Below are positions 60,740 to 64,000 of a stretch of DNA of 64,000 nt, piece by piece. A program made the position numbers and the translations under genes. The stretch's first letter is position 1, and every line of letters starts with the position of its first letter. This stretch comes from Trypanosoma brucei (taxonomy: Eukaryota), in assembly GCA_000002445.1 (NCBI GenBank), contig CM000207.1, positions 2,688,001 to 2,752,000 of the forward strand, read 5' to 3'. A model generated the notes under the pieces. The model was not told where the DNA came from. It made no database searches and saw only the letters and a list, made by a program, of their open reading frames with translations.

Positions 60740-63700
60740 ATGACGCTTGAAGAGGCGGCTTGCTTTAGCGTTGCTGGCTACCAACATCACGGAATAGCTC
60801 GTAACTGCAAAGGAGGTGGTGTATCAATACTAGTGAGGGAGGACCTACCAGTTGAGATCGGTATGGCCGTTGTTGGTCGCATTGAACAAGTGCATGCAAC
60901 AATTCACCTTGCACGTGGAAAGGCGCTGACTGTCACGTCGGCATACGTCCCACCAAAACACACCTTCACGGCAACTGACCTAGATACGCTTCTGACAACT
61001 GACGGTTACCAGCTCATCGGTGCAGACGCTAACGCACACGCGTTGGCATGGGATCGCACGAGCCCACCAAATACCAAGGGTGAAACCCTCACACAGTGGT
61101 GCATTGACAACCAGTTTCTGGTCTGCAACACTGGTCAGTGCACCAGGTACGCGCGCCACCACGGGGAGTCCACCCTTGATGTGACACTGTCAAGGAATTG
61201 CACAGTGTACATGTGGACATCGCTGTATTCTCCCGATAGCGATCACCATAACATATTTTTCGACTTTATCGTTGGAGATGACACAGATGCACTGAGTTGC
61301 CCGCGGCTTCGAAAGCCCATGTACGCATGGCTAAAAGCTAACTGGAGGAATTTCCGTCTCAAGGTTGACGAGCTCTGCAGGAAAATTGGTAGAGAGAAGA
61401 ACGTCAATACCCTGGAACAGAAATTGAGCTCCGCCATCCGCATTGCGACGAAGATGTTCGTCCCCCGTAGCTGCAGAGCAACGCCACCACATTGGACACC
61501 AACGCTCACTAAACTCGATGAAGAGATCGCTGGATGCGGACCCTCCCACCGAAGGGAAATGTTGGTAGCCACGCGTAAGCAGATCCTGGACCGTACCACA
61601 AAGAAGAGATGGAGAACGCTATGCTCCAGACTTGCGGTGTCAGACCGCTGCAGTTGGCACATTGTCAAGAAGGTATATGCGCCACGACCACTAACCACAC
61701 TGGCTGTACTTGTTGATAACGCGGCCATCACGGACTACCATCAAGCTGAGAGGTTCAGTAAACTGTACTCGTCCCGTGCAAGAACGCACCCCGACTCACA
61801 CCCACCGGCACCAATAAAGACGATAGCGAGTGAGTTCAGTCCCATCACGATGGCTGAACTATGGAGATCGATCAAACTGCTTCCGACCGGATCCGCAGCA
61901 GGACCTGATTGCTTATACAACGAGGCAATACAACATTTCGGTAGAACAGCGCTGAATGTTGTTCTGAGGCTATTCAATGAGAGCCTACGAACGGGAGTCG
62001 TGCTGCCTGCATGGAAGATTGGTGTTATCATCCCCATCCTGAAGGCCGGAAAAAAGGCGGAGGACCTCGATTCTTACAGGCCTGTGACGCTCACAAGCTG
62101 TCTCTGCAAAGACATGGAGCGCATAATTGCCGCGAGGCTTAGAGACACTGTTGAGTCCCAGCTGACGCCGCAGCAATCAGGCTTTCGCCCCGGATGCTCA
62201 ACGCTCGAACAACCGCTGCACGTCCGCGCTGCCCTCTGCCGCCCCACGCACCAATATCGTACAGGTGCTGTATTCGTTGACTACGAGAAGGCATTCGATA
62301 CAGTAGACCACGACAAAATTGCGAGGGAAATGCACAGAATGAAGGTATCACCCTACATTGTGAAGTGGTGCGTATCATTTCTGAGTAACCGAACTGGAAG
62401 AGTGAGATTCAAGGAGAGGCTTTCCAGAAGCAGAACATTTGAGCGAGGAGTGCCACAAGGAACTGTCCTTGGCCCAATCATGTTCATTATTGTCATGAAC
62501 TCGTTGAGCCAGCGCCTTGCAGAAGTGCCGTTGCTGCAGCACGGATTCTTTGCAGACGACCTAACGCTACTTGCGAGACACACAGAGAGGGATGTCATCA
62601 ACCACACACTGCAATGCGGCCTAAACGTGGTGTTACAGTGGTCACAAGAGTACTTCATGTCTGTCAATATAGCGAAAACAAAGTTCACACTCTTCGGGTG
62701 TATAGAGCGCCACCCCCTTACATTGCAACTGGACGGCGAAAGAATAGGAGCTGACAGGACACCGAAGCTTCTCGGAGTAACATTCCAGTGTCTGCAGGGG
62801 ATGGCAACACATGCAGCCGAAACGAGACGCAAGATGGACTTCCGACTACTGCAGATAGCATCCATCTCAGCTTCTACATGGGGGCCAAGACGACAAGTAC
62901 TGAGAGCTTTTTATCTAGCACTCGTACAGGCACACACCATGTATGGCATTGAGGTATGGTACTGGGACGCTTCGGAACGAAGTCGCGACCTCCTTGCAGC
63001 AGCACAACACAAAGCCAGTCGCATCATAGCTGGCATACCGCATGGGACGCGCAAAGAGAACTCTCTGCTGGAAGCAAACCTCCTGCCACTCAAGACGGCC
63101 ACTCTTGTGCGCAGCATGAAATTCATACTGATGTGTGAGTCACGAGGCGGATGTCTGCGCCGCAGTGCTGAGGAAGTACACCACAGCAAACATCCAGTCA
63201 GAGTCTTACATTCCCGCATCATGCGGTCCTACCCCCACCTCCGCATTGAGCCACGCGAGCACCCACTGGAGACATCGACACTCCGCCACAGCTGCCGACC
63301 GCTATTTCACACGCAGATAAAGCCTGTGTGCGCTGATGACCCTGACGATGTCAAAAGGGAGGCTTCCGAAAAGTGGATTGAACGGCATTTTGCACGGAGG
63401 GGGAAGGAGCCACCGCGACGAGAGCACTACGAATTGTGGACTGATGGATCCGTGTCCCTCGGTGAGAAGTCCGGAGCAGTTGCTCTGCTCTATAGAAACA
63501 ACACGCTGATTTGTGCACCCAAAACTGGAGCAGGGGAACTCTCATGTAGTTACAGAGCGGAATGCGTAGCATTAGAGATAGGACTGCAACGGCTGCTGAA
63601 ATGGCTCCCGGCTTACAGAAGCACACCGAGCAGGTTGTCCATCTTCTCTGACTCGCTGTCAATGTTAACAGCACTGCAGACAGGTCCCCTAGCCGTAACG

Positions 63701-64000
63701 GACCCAATTCTGAGACGACTATGGAGGCTTCTGCTTCAAGTTCAGAGAAGGAAGGTGCGTATCCAACTGCAATTTGTGTTTGGCCATTGTGGCGTGAAAC
63801 GGAATGAGGTTTGTGATGAAATGGCCAAAAAGGCCGCTGATTTACCACAGTTGCGAGATACATGGATCCCCGACATCATTGCTTATGCGAAGCGAGTGCT
63901 TAGGTCGGAAGAAGTCCATGAGAACACTCATAGGTTTGGTATCACGGGCAACCACTTTCCAACAAAACATAAGGAAGAACTGACGAGGGAAGAAGAAACG
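60740..64000 (+). CDS. ingi copy 2 polyprotein: open frame (positions 2 mod 3) from ATG 60740 to window edge, more than 1080 codons (endonuclease, RT, RNase H), no internal stop; absent from the ORF track probably because no stop codon is reached
   Basis: Manual codon-by-codon reading against copy 1 found no in-frame stop; copy-1 TGA (5383) is TGG at 63733-63735; a 1-nt deletion at ~60648 separates it from the 2A-containing ORF 60372..60680. Confidence 0.7.
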   Translation, partial: MTLEEAACFSVAGYQHHGIARNCKGGGVSILVREDLPVEIGMAVVGRIEQVHATIHLARGKALTVTSAYVPPKHTFTATDLDTLLTTDGYQLIGADANAHALAWDRTSPPNTKGETLTQWCIDNQFLVCNTGQCTRYARHHGESTLDVTLSRNCTVYMWTSLYSPDSDHHNIFFDFIVGDDTDALSCPRLRKPMYAWLKANWRNFRLKVDELCRKIGREKNVNTLEQKLSSAIRIATKMFVPRSCRATPPHWTPTLTKLDEEIAGCGPSHRREMLVATRKQILDRTTKKRWRTLCSRLAVSDRCSWHIVKKVYAPRPLTTLAVLVDNAAITDYHQAERFSKLYSSRARTHPDSHPPAPIKTIASEFSPITMAELWRSIKLLPTGSAAGPDCLYNEAIQHFGRTALNVVLRLFNESLRTGVVLPAWKIGVIIPILKAGKKAEDLDSYRPVTLTSCLCKDMERIIAARLRDTVESQLTPQQSGFRPGCSTLEQPLHVRAALCRPTHQYRTGAVFVDYEKAFDTVDHDKIAREMHRMKVSPYIVKWCVSFLSNRTGRVRFKERLSRSRTFERGVPQGTVLGPIMFIIVMNSLSQRLAEVPLLQHGFFADDLTLLARHTERDVINHTLQCGLNVVLQWSQEYFMSVNIAKTKFTLFGCIERHPLTLQLDGERIGADRTPKLLGVTFQCLQGMATHAAETRRKMDFRLLQIASISASTWGPRRQVLRAFYLALVQAHTMYGIEVWYWDASERSRDLLAAAQHKASRIIAGIPHGTRKENSLLEANLLPLKTATLVRSMKFILMCESRGGCLRRSAEEVHHSKHPVRVLHSRIMRSYPHLRIEPREHPLETSTLRHSCRPLFHTQIKPVCADDPDDVKREASEKWIERHFARRGKEPPRREHYELWTDGSVSLGEKSGAVALLYRNNTLICAPKTGAGELSCSYRAECVALEIGLQRLLKWLPAYRSTPSRLSIFSDSLSMLTALQTGPLAVTDPILRRLWRLLLQVQRRKVRIQLQFVFGHCGVKRNEVCDEMAKKAADLPQLRDTWIPDIIAYAKRVLRSEEVHENTHRFGITGNHFPTKHKEELTREEET

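Larger units (their letters stand above)
60361..64000 (+). mobile_element. ingi non-LTR retrotransposon, copy 2 (5' end GGCCCCTGGCGATGCCGGCCACCTCAACG...; extends beyond window)
   Basis: Colinear with copy 1 from 60377 (copy 1 at 2034), high nucleotide identity throughout. Confidence 0.9.

Noticed and set aside
1-64000. Prokaryotic-style features (RBS, sigma-70 promoters, rho-independent terminators, operons)
   Set aside because: Sequence content (VSGs, ingi, 70-bp repeats, 16-mer) identifies a trypanosome genome, where transcription is polycistronic and such elements do not apply. None were called.

Overview
This window reads as an interior segment of a Trypanosoma brucei-group subtelomeric VSG array, not a prokaryotic locus; I see no operons, rRNA, tRNA or CRISPR. 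It holds about 16 VSG genes, pseudogenes and fragments. Thirteen sit head-to-tail on the minus strand between 9.4 and 49.9 kb; the rest are on the plus strand (one at 0.3-1.7 kb, three at 52.9-60.3 kb). Most minus-strand VSG cassettes carry 70-bp repeats upstream and the conserved 16-mer TGATATATTTTAACAC in the 3'UTR. Nearly all VSGs are broken by frameshifts or stops. Two ingi/RIME non-LTR retrotransposons lie as direct repeats at 2.0-7.3 kb and from 60.4 kb to the window edge. Each encodes a 2A-like DxExNPGP peptide ahead of its endonuclease, RT and RNase H domains, with C2H2 zinc fingers at the C-terminus of copy 1. Copy 1 has an in-frame TGA stop, whereas copy 2 reads open for more than 1080 codons to the window end. 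Inside individual VSG cassettes there are GT31/GT67-type galactosyltransferase pseudogenes (two inverted copies sharing a near-identical ~700-bp patch that suggests gene conversion) and three fragmented copies of a protein family I cannot name. The main unexplained structure recurs four times: downstream of a VSG 3'UTR there is a 0.4-0.8 kb cassette with inverted telomeric hexamer runs ((TTAGGG)2-4 in telomere orientation, a conserved ~90-bp spacer, then inverted (CCCTAA)2), always followed by an orphan VSG C-terminal domain with GPI signal and 16-mer. All calls come from reading the sequence and ORF track by eye, with no database search, and coordinates of non-ORF elements are within about 20 bp.
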